Source of the DNA: Ignicoccus hospitalis KIN4/I
GTDB lineage: Archaea; Thermoproteota; Thermoprotei_A; Sulfolobales; Ignicoccaceae
Assembly (NCBI RefSeq): GCF_000017945.1
Contig: NC_009776.1
Coordinates: 180,001-212,000, forward strand
DNA: 32,000 nucleotides
Direction of reading: 5' to 3'
The notes under the pieces are model-generated. The model was not told the origin of the DNA and did no database searches. It worked only from the letters and a program-made list of their open reading frames with translations. This document shows, in pieces, positions 15,429 to 23,731 of this stretch; positions within the stretch are counted from its first letter, which is position 1; every line of letters begins with the position of its first letter. Position numbers and translations under genes: made by a program.

Positions 15429-16637
15429 TTGATTTGTAGGAGGGCTTGCTTCAAAGTAGTAGACGACTTAGATTTGACCCCCTTGATCTCCTATTTGTCC
15501 CAAGTGGCCGAGAAGAGCGGCTGCGACGCGAAGCTGACCCTAAACGTTTCTAGAAAGACATTGGTTTGTGAAGTTTGTTGCTTAAGGAGCAAGAAACTCA
15601 TTGACGTGATCAAAGCTAGGTTTGCGGCCGTTAAGGGGCTGAAGGCGAGCAAGTGCTTCGGCTCGAAGGGCCTAACGGCGCCTTCCGGCTGGTGGCCCCT
15701 CTCTGGGAGCGTGTGCTTGGGCGTGGAGGCCTTCACGGGATCGCCGTTCTGTTTGGACGAGAGGAACTTGAGGAGGCACGCAGTAATAGTGGGATCCACC
15801 GGCAGCGGCAAGAGTACCACTGCCAAGAAGATATTCAAAGAGCTCGCCCACAACAAGTTGGTCCTCGACTGGCACGGGGAGTATAGGGGCGTCGCGAAGA
15901 GGATAGAGTGCATTAGCTTGAACAGGCTGAGGAGCTTGGGCCAGCTGGAACTCATGGACGCTTTGGCGAACTCGCTCAAACTGACCGATGCGCAGTACTA
16001 CTTGTTAATGAAGGTGGTTCAGATGTTATATGCGAAGGGAGGGGAATTCGGCATAAGGGACATCATTTTCTATTTAAAGAGTTTAGAGGAGTTAAGCAGG
16101 TGGATAAGGGAGAGCAAGTATTCCTTATTAAGAAAACTAGAGATGTTAACAGTCAGGGGGACGTGTAAGTTCGAGATAACCGACTTGGAGTCCTTGACTG
16201 AGGGCGGATTAGTGATAGACTTGAGCGGGTACGTCACCGAGTACGCGAAGAAGTTCGTTTCCCACGCGGTCTTGGCCTACTTGTTCGCCAAGGCTCGAGG
16301 GGGAGAGTTGAAGAGGACTTACGTCATCGTTGAGGAAGCCCACAACGTAATTCCAAAAAGTTCCGAGTTGAGCGTTGCCGACAAGATATTCATGGAGGGT
16401 CGTAAATACGGCCTCCACGTGATAGCCGTGACCCAGTCCCCCCGAGCGATGAGCGAGAACGTCATGAAGAACAGCTACGTAAAGATAATACACGGGATAC
16501 GCGAGGTGGACGACGCCAAGTACGTCGCGGAGAGCGTCGGAGACCCGAGCTTGTGGAAGGAGATAATATCGTTGGACGTGGGGGAGGCCATAGTCGCCCA
16601 AAGGAAGCTGGCGCGGGTGATCATAAGCAATAGCTAG
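15429..16637 (+). CDS. HerA/FtsK-superfamily P-loop ATPase (DUF87-like) with Cys-rich N-terminal domain
   Basis: Walker A is VGSTGSGKSTTAK and Walker B is YVIVEEAHNVIP. EGRKYGLHVIAVTQSP is typical of HerA/DUF87 ATPases. The N-terminal ~120 aa carry 10 Cys. 402 aa. The start (TTG) is uncertain. Confidence 0.8.
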   Translation: MICRRACFKVVDDLDLTPLISYLSQVAEKSGCDAKLTLNVSRKTLVCEVCCLRSKKLIDVIKARFAAVKGLKASKCFGSKGLTAPSGWWPLSGSVCLGVEAFTGSPFCLDERNLRRHAVIVGSTGSGKSTTAKKIFKELAHNKLVLDWHGEYRGVAKRIECISLNRLRSLGQLELMDALANSLKLTDAQYYLLMKVVQMLYAKGGEFGIRDIIFYLKSLEELSRWIRESKYSLLRKLEMLTVRGTCKFEITDLESLTEGGLVIDLSGYVTEYAKKFVSHAVLAYLFAKARGGELKRTYVIVEEAHNVIPKSSELSVADKIFMEGRKYGLHVIAVTQSPRAMSENVMKNSYVKIIHGIREVDDAKYVAESVGDPSLWKEIISLDVGEAIVAQRKLARVIISNS

Positions 16638-17166
16638 AGAACTCCTCGAAGTCCTCTTGAGACCAGCGCGCGCACGGGAGCCTCTCGCACTTCACCGCCT
16701 TTAACGCCTCCTCGAGGGTCCTATCCAAGGGTCCGTCGCTTTGGACACAGACCACCTTGTCGCCGTAGAGGCCCCTCAACATTTGCAAGTAAGACCCTAC
16801 CAACTCGGCCTCCAAATTGGAGCATATCTTTTCCTTACAGTAGCCCTTCTGTTCCATTCTGGCGATCAAGGTCTTGGGTCGGGCTTGAAGGTACAGGACC
16901 TTCTTCGTGGCCTCGGGCGGGACGAAGTCGACCACTACGCCCTCTATTATGTAACACCCCTCTAACCCCTTTATCAACTCTTCTAACTTGTCCATGTCAA
17001 CTACGTATAACGGTTTGCCGCATTCATCTTTCTCCACATCTACGTAAAGCTTGTTTTTAACTACTACGTCCGTGACGCTGAGCGACTTACAGCCGATCAT
17101 TTTCGACAGTTCCTTGGCCACCGTGGTCTTTCCTGAACCCGGGACCCCCGCTATTAAAATAAACAT
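16621..17166 (-). CDS. Fap7 / adenylate kinase isoenzyme-6-type nucleoside kinase
   Basis: MFILIAGVPGSGKTTVAKEL P-loop at the extreme N-terminus. The 181-aa size and the YIIEG...VLYLQARPKTLIARMEQKGY...KICSNLEAE pattern are typical of archaeal Fap7. Confidence 0.75.
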   Translation of the reverse strand: MFILIAGVPGSGKTTVAKELSKMIGCKSLSVTDVVVKNKLYVDVEKDECGKPLYVVDMDKLEELIKGLEGCYIIEGVVVDFVPPEATKKVLYLQARPKTLIARMEQKGYCKEKICSNLEAELVGSYLQMLRGLYGDKVVCVQSDGPLDRTLEEALKAVKCERLPCARWSQEDFEEFSSYCL

Positions 17167-17199
17167 GCGTCCTCCCGGAAGCCTAGGCGTAGGGGTATA

Positions 17200-18057
17200 A
17201 TGACGAGGAAGTACGGCTGGGCCGCTTGGAAGGGACAGTTAGACAAGCTGGAAGAGCTGTTGAAGGAGGCCAGAGAGGCCGGTTTCGATTACGTGGAGTT
17301 CAGCTTGGATTACCCCCTTCCGTACAAAGCCGACCTAGTTGCCGAGATAGTTAAGAAGATTAAGGACTTCGGATTGGCGGTGAGCTTTCACGCCCCTTGG
17401 AGGGGATTGGACGTAGCTACGCTGTGGCCCGAGGTACGTAAAGCCTCTATAGATATCATAAAGAAGTCCATAAGGATGGCCTCAGAGCTCGGCGCGGAGT
17501 ACGTAGTTTACCACGTCACTACCCCGGAGAAGCTGTTCAAGGACACGGTGGACGAGGTCTACGAGGCCGGGAAGGAGGCGGTCGCGGAGCTCACGGACTT
17601 CGCGCGCGAGATGTCTGTAGAGGCGGCGGTGGAGAACGTAGGTAACTTGGGAACCCCCGAGTTCTTCGGCATATTGAAGGACGAGACGAGAGCGAAGTTC
17701 TGCTTCGACGTGGCTCACGCGGTGACTACCTTTATGCAGAGGCACAAGTTGAAGTTGAACGACGTAGATGTGGACGAAGTAATAGAGTTGTGGAAGAACG
17801 CCATAGGGGGCAGGACCTTGTGTGCCCACGTGCACGGGGTGGAGGCGCCCAGAAGGGAGCACAGGCCGCTGGGCTACCCCCTCACGAAGAGGGCGGCGGC
17901 GAAGGCCTACGTCAGCTTGGGCGCAGATTACGTGACCTATGAAATATACTACGTGAGGAAGGGGGAGGAGGCCACGCCCAAGGTAGTCGGGAAGGAGATG
18001 AAGGACGTCCGCTCGTGGGAGCTCGTTTACGAGAAGAGGCAAGCCTTGGTGGCTTAA
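17200..18057 (+). CDS. sugar phosphate isomerase/epimerase, xylose-isomerase-like TIM barrel (AP endonuclease 2 family)
   Basis: GFDYVEFSLDYP, SFHAPW, YVVYHV, ENVG and CFDVAH motifs appear in the order expected for this TIM-barrel family. 285 aa. Confidence 0.75.
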   Translation: MTRKYGWAAWKGQLDKLEELLKEAREAGFDYVEFSLDYPLPYKADLVAEIVKKIKDFGLAVSFHAPWRGLDVATLWPEVRKASIDIIKKSIRMASELGAEYVVYHVTTPEKLFKDTVDEVYEAGKEAVAELTDFAREMSVEAAVENVGNLGTPEFFGILKDETRAKFCFDVAHAVTTFMQRHKLKLNDVDVDEVIELWKNAIGGRTLCAHVHGVEAPRREHRPLGYPLTKRAAAKAYVSLGADYVTYEIYYVRKGEEATPKVVGKEMKDVRSWELVYEKRQALVA

Positions 18058-18064
18058 GGCGTAG

Positions 18065-18607
18065 TCAGAGCTTTATGGGCAGCTTGGGCAACCTTATCCC
18101 CCTTTGTCCTTGATAATGGCCTCTAACGCTATAGTCCCGTAACACGGGAGAGTCTGTCCTGAGGAAGACCAAGTGAATGAACGGCACCCCCGGCCTCACC
18201 CTCACGGGGAAGGAGCTCCCGATTATTTCAATCACTATTTCGCCCTTGAAGCCCGCGTCCACAACCGTCGGCGGTATGTAAAGGCCCAAGCGCGCGAAGG
18301 AGCTCTTTAGATTTACCAAGCCTACTAAGTCGGCCGGCATTTCTATGTACTCTCTCGTGTGGAGAAGTACGTGTTCGTAAGGCTTTATCACTATCCCTTC
18401 GTCGTCCATAAAGCCCAGTTCGTAGTACTTGCTCAAGTCTTCCTCCTTGGTGACGTCCAATACGTCTTCCGTATTTTTGAATCTCGCATATTGGTGGCCA
18501 ATGGTCAAGTCTACCCCGTTCTCGCGCACTTGGTTCTCGTCGAAGGGTTCTATCTTCATTAGTCCCCTCCTTAAATAGGATTTTATGCCGCCGTCGGAGA
18601 GAATCAA
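18065..18607 (-). CDS. dcd: dCTP deaminase
   Basis: MILSDGGIK...NGVDLTIG...VDAGFKGEIVIEI are typical of the dCTP deaminase/dUTPase-like fold. The conserved MILSD N-terminus aligns to a TTG start. Confidence 0.9.
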   Translation of the reverse strand: MILSDGGIKSYLRRGLMKIEPFDENQVRENGVDLTIGHQYARFKNTEDVLDVTKEEDLSKYYELGFMDDEGIVIKPYEHVLLHTREYIEMPADLVGLVNLKSSFARLGLYIPPTVVDAGFKGEIVIEIIGSSFPVRVRPGVPFIHLVFLRTDSPVLRDYSVRGHYQGQRGIRLPKLPIKL

Positions 18608-18708
18608 GTACGTCCCGTTGCAGATCTAGAGGAAACTCGGGTAATAACGCCGTTGCAGGGCGTCACTAATAAACGCCGAATGAGAAGAGCCTGAAGGGTT
18701 TTCAAAAA

Positions 18709-19065
18709 TTGGTGGAGCACGAGGAGCCCTTCGCCTTTGTTATAGAGAGCATCAGCGAAGGGAGAATTAGGGAAAGGCTAATGAGCTGTTTGGAGAGGAA
18801 GGACGAGGCCAAGGGTTTCCTGGAGAGCATTATGCTCTCGAAACGCGAGGAGTCGCCGGTAATATGCGTGACCGGCAAGCACCTAACCCCCCGCGGCGTC
18901 TACGATAAGTTCGTTCTCGTGCTCCCCCACGAGGCCAAGTTCATAGACGACGAGGACTACGACGAGGAAGAAGTGATGTTCTTCGAGCACCGGGGCAAGG
19001 TGTACTTAGTGAGGGTTTTCCTAGACCGCGATGGCATGGAAAAACTTACTATCGAAAGGCTTTAG
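18709..19065 (+). CDS. hypothetical protein, 118 aa, with acidic stretch
   Basis: Single coherent ORF with a TTG start. It contains DDEDYDEEE. Its 3' end overlaps the convergent RAM-domain gene by 4 nt. Confidence 0.55.
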   Translation: MVEHEEPFAFVIESISEGRIRERLMSCLERKDEAKGFLESIMLSKREESPVICVTGKHLTPRGVYDKFVLVLPHEAKFIDDEDYDEEEVMFFEHRGKVYLVRVFLDRDGMEKLTIERL

Positions 19066-19295
19066 GCCGTGAGGGCTATTAGCGTGGTGGTCTCCCTAAT
19101 TCCTTCGCTCTTCCTCACTTTGTTGAGTATGTAGTCCTCTATCTTACTCAAGCTGTCGGCCTCGAAGATTGCTATTACGTCGTAAGGCCCGGTTACTATG
19201 TCGACCCTGCTGACGTAGTCCAAGCCCTTTAAAGCTTGGTAAACCTTCTCTTCCATGCCCGACTCAGTCTTAATCAGTAGGTAGACGCGTGCCAA
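19062..19295 (-). CDS. stand-alone Lrp/AsnC-type ligand-binding (RAM) domain protein, 77 aa
   Basis: ARVYLLIKTESGMEEKVYQALKGLDYVSRVDIVTGPYDVIAIFEADSL...IRETTTLIA matches the RAM-domain beta-alpha-beta-beta-alpha-beta pattern. There is no HTH. TTG start. Confidence 0.7.
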   Translation of the reverse strand: MARVYLLIKTESGMEEKVYQALKGLDYVSRVDIVTGPYDVIAIFEADSLSKIEDYILNKVRKSEGIRETTTLIALTA

Positions 19296-19340
19296 GGAGG
19301 CCCACCGCCGTTAGGTTATACGGGGAGGATCATTTTTACC

Positions 19341-20249
19341 TTACCTCACCGCAGCCCCCACGGCCTCCCTCAGCGAGCGGAACCCCTTGGAGTGTAGCCA
19401 CCAAGCCAACCCGGCGAGGACCTCAGAAAACACCCCGAGCCCCTTATCGGCCACGGCGCTGCCTATCTGAACTGCACTCGCCCCAGCCAACACGAGCTCC
19501 ACGGCGTCCCTCCACTCGTACACCCCACCGACGCCGACGATGGGGGCCTTGAGTTCTTTGTAGACTTCATAGACTGCCCTCACGGCTATAGGGTGGATGG
19601 CCCTCCCAGACAGCCCGCCTACTTTGTTCGTTAGGACGGGTTCCATAACATCAATATCTATTACCATGGCCCTTATCGTATTTATCAAGACCAGGCCGGA
19701 CGCCCCAGCGTCCAGCGCGGCGCTGGCGGTGTCCACGAGCTTGTCCACGAGCCCGAGCTTGGCGAACACCGGCACGTTAACCGTGGTGGCCACGGCCTCT
19801 ACTACCTTCCTAACGGCATTTATATCCATCCCCAGCTCGAGACCTAACCCCTTCGCGTGGGGGCACGAGAGGTTCAACTCCAAGGCGCTGGCGCCCGCGT
19901 CCACGGAAGCCCAAGCGGCCTCCGCGAACTCTCGCTCGTCCTTACCAGCTATAGACACGACCACCGGTAGGTTGTACTTCCTCCCGACCTCCACCAACTC
20001 CTTCGCGACCTTGACTCCGGGGTTGGCCAGCCCCACGGCGTTCACGAGCCCGCACGGCGTGGAGACCACTATAGGGGGGTCGTTCCCCTTTCGGGGCTCT
20101 AGAGTGAGCGTTTTGGTGACTAGAGCCCCTACCTTCGCCTTCTTGGCCACGGCCTCCAACGCATCCGGGCTCCCTCCCAATATCCCGGAGGCCGGCATCA
20201 GGGGGAGTCTCAACTTCAGCCCGCCCACGTCCGCGCTTAGGTCCAGCAC
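19341..20249 (-). CDS. pyrD: dihydroorotate dehydrogenase, class 1 catalytic subunit
   Basis: LPLMPASGILG, LELNLSCPHAKG, INTI, GGLSG and VGGV motifs are present. 302 aa. GTG start. No adjacent pyrK-like gene. Confidence 0.92.
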   Translation of the reverse strand: MLDLSADVGGLKLRLPLMPASGILGGSPDALEAVAKKAKVGALVTKTLTLEPRKGNDPPIVVSTPCGLVNAVGLANPGVKVAKELVEVGRKYNLPVVVSIAGKDEREFAEAAWASVDAGASALELNLSCPHAKGLGLELGMDINAVRKVVEAVATTVNVPVFAKLGLVDKLVDTASAALDAGASGLVLINTIRAMVIDIDVMEPVLTNKVGGLSGRAIHPIAVRAVYEVYKELKAPIVGVGGVYEWRDAVELVLAGASAVQIGSAVADKGLGVFSEVLAGLAWWLHSKGFRSLREAVGAAVR

Positions 20250-20279
20250 CCCGTCGCCCCCTCGCAGAACTTTCTTAGG

Positions 20280-20287
20280 ATTATATC
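20280..20287. promoter_or_regulatory. shared TATA-like box ATTATATC between divergent pyrD and the pilin-like gene
   Basis: The only AT-rich element in the 71-nt spacer. It lies about 34 nt from the pyrD GTG (20249) and about 37 nt from the TTG at 20321. Confidence 0.4.
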
Positions 20288-20320
20288 GGGAGGTCCGGAA
20301 GCTTCGACGGGCATCAAGGG

Positions 20321-21187
20321 TTGCGGAAGGGAGTCATCAACGTAGTTGAGGTGCTAGTGTTAATAGTAATCTTCTTAGCGGCGGCTGCATTCTTGGCATC
20401 ATTCTATATGACGTCCGTGACGCAACAATCTGAAAAGATAAAGGAGGAAAGCCAGAAGAACGTCTTCCTAATAAATCCTCCGGCGAAGGTCATAGGTACG
20501 GTAGTGGTGGAAAACTACACGAACAGCGAGAGCGAGGCCAACGGACAGAAGGACGCAGTTCCCTTCGCTTGCTTAGAGGAGGTAGGGAGCGGCAAGAGCT
20601 GGTGGCTCTCGAGCGTGTACTTGATAAAGGGGTATGGCGGAAACGTCTTCAAGTCGGTTTCCTTGTATGACGTAGTAAAAACCGTTTCCGAAGTGTCTAA
20701 CTTAGGCGACGGGAGCAAACAGAACTTCACCGAGGTCGCCTTCGGGAACCTCAACAAGCTCGTAGCCCTCTGCTACTTGAACGACACCTTGAACGCGGTC
20801 TACAAATTCGACGTCAGCTGCGACGAGGAAGTCCTCAAGAAAACCGTAAACGACGCCGTAGGGTGGTGCAAGTCCAAAGCAAACGCTCAAACCACGTGGA
20901 TGGTGAAGTTCCTGAACCCCTTCCAGTACTTGCCCAGCGGCGGGGTGGGCGTAGCGGTCGGGCCGATAATACCCGGGGAGGTAGTTCAACAAGGGGGCAC
21001 CTTCAGCTTCAAGGTAAAGTTAGCCGAGAGCTACGACCCCAACCCGCTGCTCCCCTACTCCTTAAAACAAGAGGGCAGCTTGACCTTCGACGACATAGTT
21101 TCGTGGATCCAGAAGGGCAACGGGGCGGTGTCAGCTGTAGGGGTGATCGAGGCGGTCTGCGAGAGCTGTACTTTCAGCGTGGGTTAG
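20321..21187 (+). CDS. putative type IV pilin-like (class III signal peptide) surface protein, 288 aa
   Basis: N-terminus is MRKG/VINVVEVLVLIVIFLAAAAFLASFY (basic residues, Gly, then about 25 hydrophobic residues). The body is Cys-containing and beta-rich with N-x-S/T sites. TTG start with promoter-like box. Confidence 0.6.
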   Translation: MRKGVINVVEVLVLIVIFLAAAAFLASFYMTSVTQQSEKIKEESQKNVFLINPPAKVIGTVVVENYTNSESEANGQKDAVPFACLEEVGSGKSWWLSSVYLIKGYGGNVFKSVSLYDVVKTVSEVSNLGDGSKQNFTEVAFGNLNKLVALCYLNDTLNAVYKFDVSCDEEVLKKTVNDAVGWCKSKANAQTTWMVKFLNPFQYLPSGGVGVAVGPIIPGEVVQQGGTFSFKVKLAESYDPNPLLPYSLKQEGSLTFDDIVSWIQKGNGAVSAVGVIEAVCESCTFSVG

Positions 21188-21840
21188 GGCATTTGGAGGA
21201 GCTTGTGGACTTGGGGTACTACCCTCACCCTCCTTTTTAGGTAGTCGTCCTTCAACACCTCGAGGACGAGCTCCCTCGCGGCGGACGCGTAACCCTCGCC
21301 CTCGTCCAAGGGTTGGAGGACCACGGGCCTCGGGACGTCTCCGAGCTCTTCGAGGAACTTCTTTACACACGTTAGGTCTGTCCTCCGCACCACTAACTTC
21401 AGTTCCCCCGAGAAGTTCTCCAATATCCTCCTGACTGTTGACGGGAAGTTTATGTAGTAATCGCAAGTAACTTTGGGGCTTACAGTAATCCAGATTTCGT
21501 GTCCTTCCAGGGCGCTGGGGTAGATCGTGCCGTTGGTCTCTATTTGGACGAGCCCTTTGAACCCCTTCTCTTCGAGCTCTTTCAAAAAGCTCCTTATCTC
21601 CAGTTGCCACAACAGGGGCTCTCCGCCGGTTAACACTATGAGGCCCACGCCGCTCTCGAGGGCCCTCTCCGCTACCTCGCTCACGGGGACCTTGAGTCCT
21701 GGGGACCAAGAGTACTTCGTGTCGCACCAAGGGCAGCGCAAGTTACACCTCGCGAGCCTCACGAAGTAGGCGGGCGTCCCCACCAAGCTGCCCTCGCCTT
21801 GAATCGACAAAAACTCCTCAATTACTTCGAACTCCGACAT
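21184..21840 (-). CDS. queE: 7-carboxy-7-deazaguanine synthase (radical SAM)
   Basis: SIQGEGSLVGTPAYFVRLARCNLRCPWCDTKYSW is the QueE signature including CxxxCxxC. LTGGEPLL is present. 218 aa. The ATG overlaps the L7Ae stop (ATGA at 21838-21842). Confidence 0.88.
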   Translation of the reverse strand: MSEFEVIEEFLSIQGEGSLVGTPAYFVRLARCNLRCPWCDTKYSWSPGLKVPVSEVAERALESGVGLIVLTGGEPLLWQLEIRSFLKELEEKGFKGLVQIETNGTIYPSALEGHEIWITVSPKVTCDYYINFPSTVRRILENFSGELKLVVRRTDLTCVKKFLEELGDVPRPVVLQPLDEGEGYASAARELVLEVLKDDYLKRRVRVVPQVHKLLQMP

Positions 21841-22232
21841 CAGAGCCCGGCCTTGGCCTTTATCTGCTCTACCTCCTTGATTATCTCTTCTACCAAGTCC
21901 TTGGCCGCGCCGGGGTCTATTATGGCGGCGGCAGCGGCTTGCACCTCTATGCCGGCAGCCTCCCCGAGCTTCTTCTTGCTGGGCACGTAGACGTAAGGTA
22001 TCTTCTTCTCTTCACAGAGCAAGGGCAAGTGCGCCACTATCTCTGGGGGGTCCACGTCCTCCGCGATCAGCACCAGCTTCGCGAGGCCCTTGTCGACGGC
22101 CTTGGTAGTTTCGTTAGTACCCTTCTTTATCTTCCCGCCGCTCTCTCTGGCCTTCCTCAAAGCCTCGTAAGCCTTCTCGGCCAACTCGGGGGGCACTTCA
22201 AACCTAACGTAGAACGGCTTGCTCATCCTCAT
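21840..22232 (-). CDS. rpl7ae: 50S ribosomal protein L7Ae (K-turn binding protein)
   Basis: [11 protein letters not shown] and [41 protein letters not shown] are hallmark L7Ae motifs. A second ATG at 22226 is an alternative start. Confidence 0.93.
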   Translation of the reverse strand: MRMSKPFYVRFEVPPELAEKAYEALRKARESGGKIKKGTNETTKAVDKGLAKLVLIAEDVDPPEIVAHLPLLCEEKKIPYVYVPSKKKLGEAAGIEVQAAAAAIIDPGAAKDLVEEIIKEVEQIKAKAGL

Positions 22233-22267
22233 CTACCCCTCGTCGTGAGGGGCACGAGGGAGGGAGG

Positions 22268-22276
22268 TTAAAAAAG
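22268..22276 (-). promoter_or_regulatory. TATA-like box (CTTTTTTAA on the minus strand) for L7Ae
   Basis: Centre lies about 40 nt upstream of the ATG at 22232. GAGGGG lies 4 nt upstream of the ATG. Confidence 0.35.
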
Positions 22277-22405
22277 AGTGAAGGGAGGCCCGCGGCGCCG
22301 ATGAGGAGCAAGCTGAGCGCTGAAAGGTGATTGGAGGTCGGGCTCCGAGGCCTCGGACCCCGTAGGGTGTTCCTCACCTTCTTCTCGGCACCCGGAGCTA
22401 CCTCA

Positions 22406-23731
22406 TCAGCCTCTGTGGAGCCTGAGCGTCGGAGGGGGGACGTGGCCTTTCAACCTTATGAAGTTGTTGGGGCGCAAGTCCTCCACCGGGAGCACCACTC
22501 CTCTCCCCAAGAGGCCGCCTAACTCGATAACGTCCCCAGGCTTGGCGTCGGGAACTGGCAGCAAGCGAACTCCTAACGGCTTGCTATTTATTACACCTAT
22601 CATGAGTTGGTCCAGAGTTATAGAGGCCAAGGTTTCTGGGGTTACCAAAGGAATCGGCACCATGTCCAGCCCGGCCGAGCAGACAGACGTGTAAGCGATC
22701 AACTTGTACAAGTCCAAGGTCCCCCTCTGAGCGGCCTCGACCATCCCCGAGTCCTCGCTCAGCGGGACGAAGAGTCCGGAGAACCCACCGAAGCGCGAGA
22801 CAGCCATCGCCCCTCCCTTCTTCAAGGCTTCTACCAACAATGCTAGCGCCGCCAGAGTTCCCGGGGCCCCAAAGGAGGGCACGCCCATGGCCTCTACCAC
22901 CTTAGCCACGCTGTCCCCCATCTTGGGCGTCGGCGCCAAACTCAAGTCCACAGATCCCATTTCAACTCCCATCTTCTCGGCCACCTTCCTGCCGGCGAAC
23001 TCCCCCAGCCTCGCGATCTTGAACGCCGCCTTCTTTAAAACCTCGTAGAGCTCTCGGAAGCTGTTGACCTTAGACCTCCTTACTACGGCCTCCATGACGC
23101 CGGGGCCGGAGATCGCTACGTTCACCTCGGCCTCGGGCCTCCCCTTGCCGTGGTGGGCGCCGGGCATGAAGGGCACGTCCCCGGGCAAGTTCGCCGAAAC
23201 TAGGAACTTGGCGTTGCCAGTACCTTTGGTCCTTATGGCCAAGTCTATTAGCGCTTCGCTCACCTCATATACGGCCTCTACGTTCAAGCCGCTCCACGTG
23301 TCGCCGACGTTCAAGAACCCGAAGAGCCTCTCGGTTTTCGATAAAACCTCTGGTAAAACCTTGATTAAGGTTTTTGCTCTCGCGTTCAGTCCGACCTCTG
23401 CAAAAGCTCCGAAGCCTCCGAGGGCGTCCACCCCGGTCTTTACGGCTGCTCTGTCCAGCTCCTTCGCCAGCTCGACCAGCTCCTCTTCCTTGTTGACCAC
23501 CTCGGCGAGGGGGGTCAGCGCCATCCTTACTGTTACTATAGGTATGCCGTGCTCTTCGCTTACTTCCCTAACGGCACGCACTAGCTCCGAGCCCTTGCTT
23601 TCGACCGTTTCCACTATCTCTTCCTTCTCCTTCCCTGTGACGTCTAACGAGAGGGTTACTGCTCTCACGTCCAAGTTCAAGTAGTGAAGCATCTCAGTAA
23701 CTTCAGCTATCTCCTCGGGCCTGAACCTCAA
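22406..23731 (-). CDS. UPF0210 (DUF711) family protein
   Basis: 441 aa. The N-terminus RFRPEEIAEVTEMLHYLNLDVRAVTLSL matches the conserved FxPxEIxET...LDIRTxT start I recall for UPF0210 proteins, and the size fits. TTG start. Confidence 0.8.
   Translation of the reverse strand: MRFRPEEIAEVTEMLHYLNLDVRAVTLSLDVTGKEKEEIVETVESKGSELVRAVREVSEEHGIPIVTVRMALTPLAEVVNKEEELVELAKELDRAAVKTGVDALGGFGAFAEVGLNARAKTLIKVLPEVLSKTERLFGFLNVGDTWSGLNVEAVYEVSEALIDLAIRTKGTGNAKFLVSANLPGDVPFMPGAHHGKGRPEAEVNVAISGPGVMEAVVRRSKVNSFRELYEVLKKAAFKIARLGEFAGRKVAEKMGVEMGSVDLSLAPTPKMGDSVAKVVEAMGVPSFGAPGTLAALALLVEALKKGGAMAVSRFGGFSGLFVPLSEDSGMVEAAQRGTLDLYKLIAYTSVCSAGLDMVPIPLVTPETLASITLDQLMIGVINSKPLGVRLLPVPDAKPGDVIELGGLLGRGVVLPVEDLRPNNFIRLKGHVPPPTLRLHRG

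Noticed and set aside
18615-18658. 9-bp direct repeat CCGTTGCAG (18615-18623 and 18650-18658) upstream of the ORF at 18709 and of dcd
   Set aside because: It is a single pair of short repeats in a 100-nt spacer. It cannot be distinguished from chance without comparative data.
19597-20349. 250-aa plus-strand ORF opposite pyrD
   Set aside because: The Ser/Thr/Ala/Pro-rich low-complexity translation lies exactly antisense to a gene with unambiguous PyrD motifs. This is the typical stop-poor shadow frame of GC-rich coding DNA.
21131-21730. 199-aa Arg-rich ORF on the same strand as queE in another frame
   Set aside because: It is an alternative frame of a gene with a perfect QueE signature. The extreme Arg/Pro/Gly content is typical of off-frame translation.
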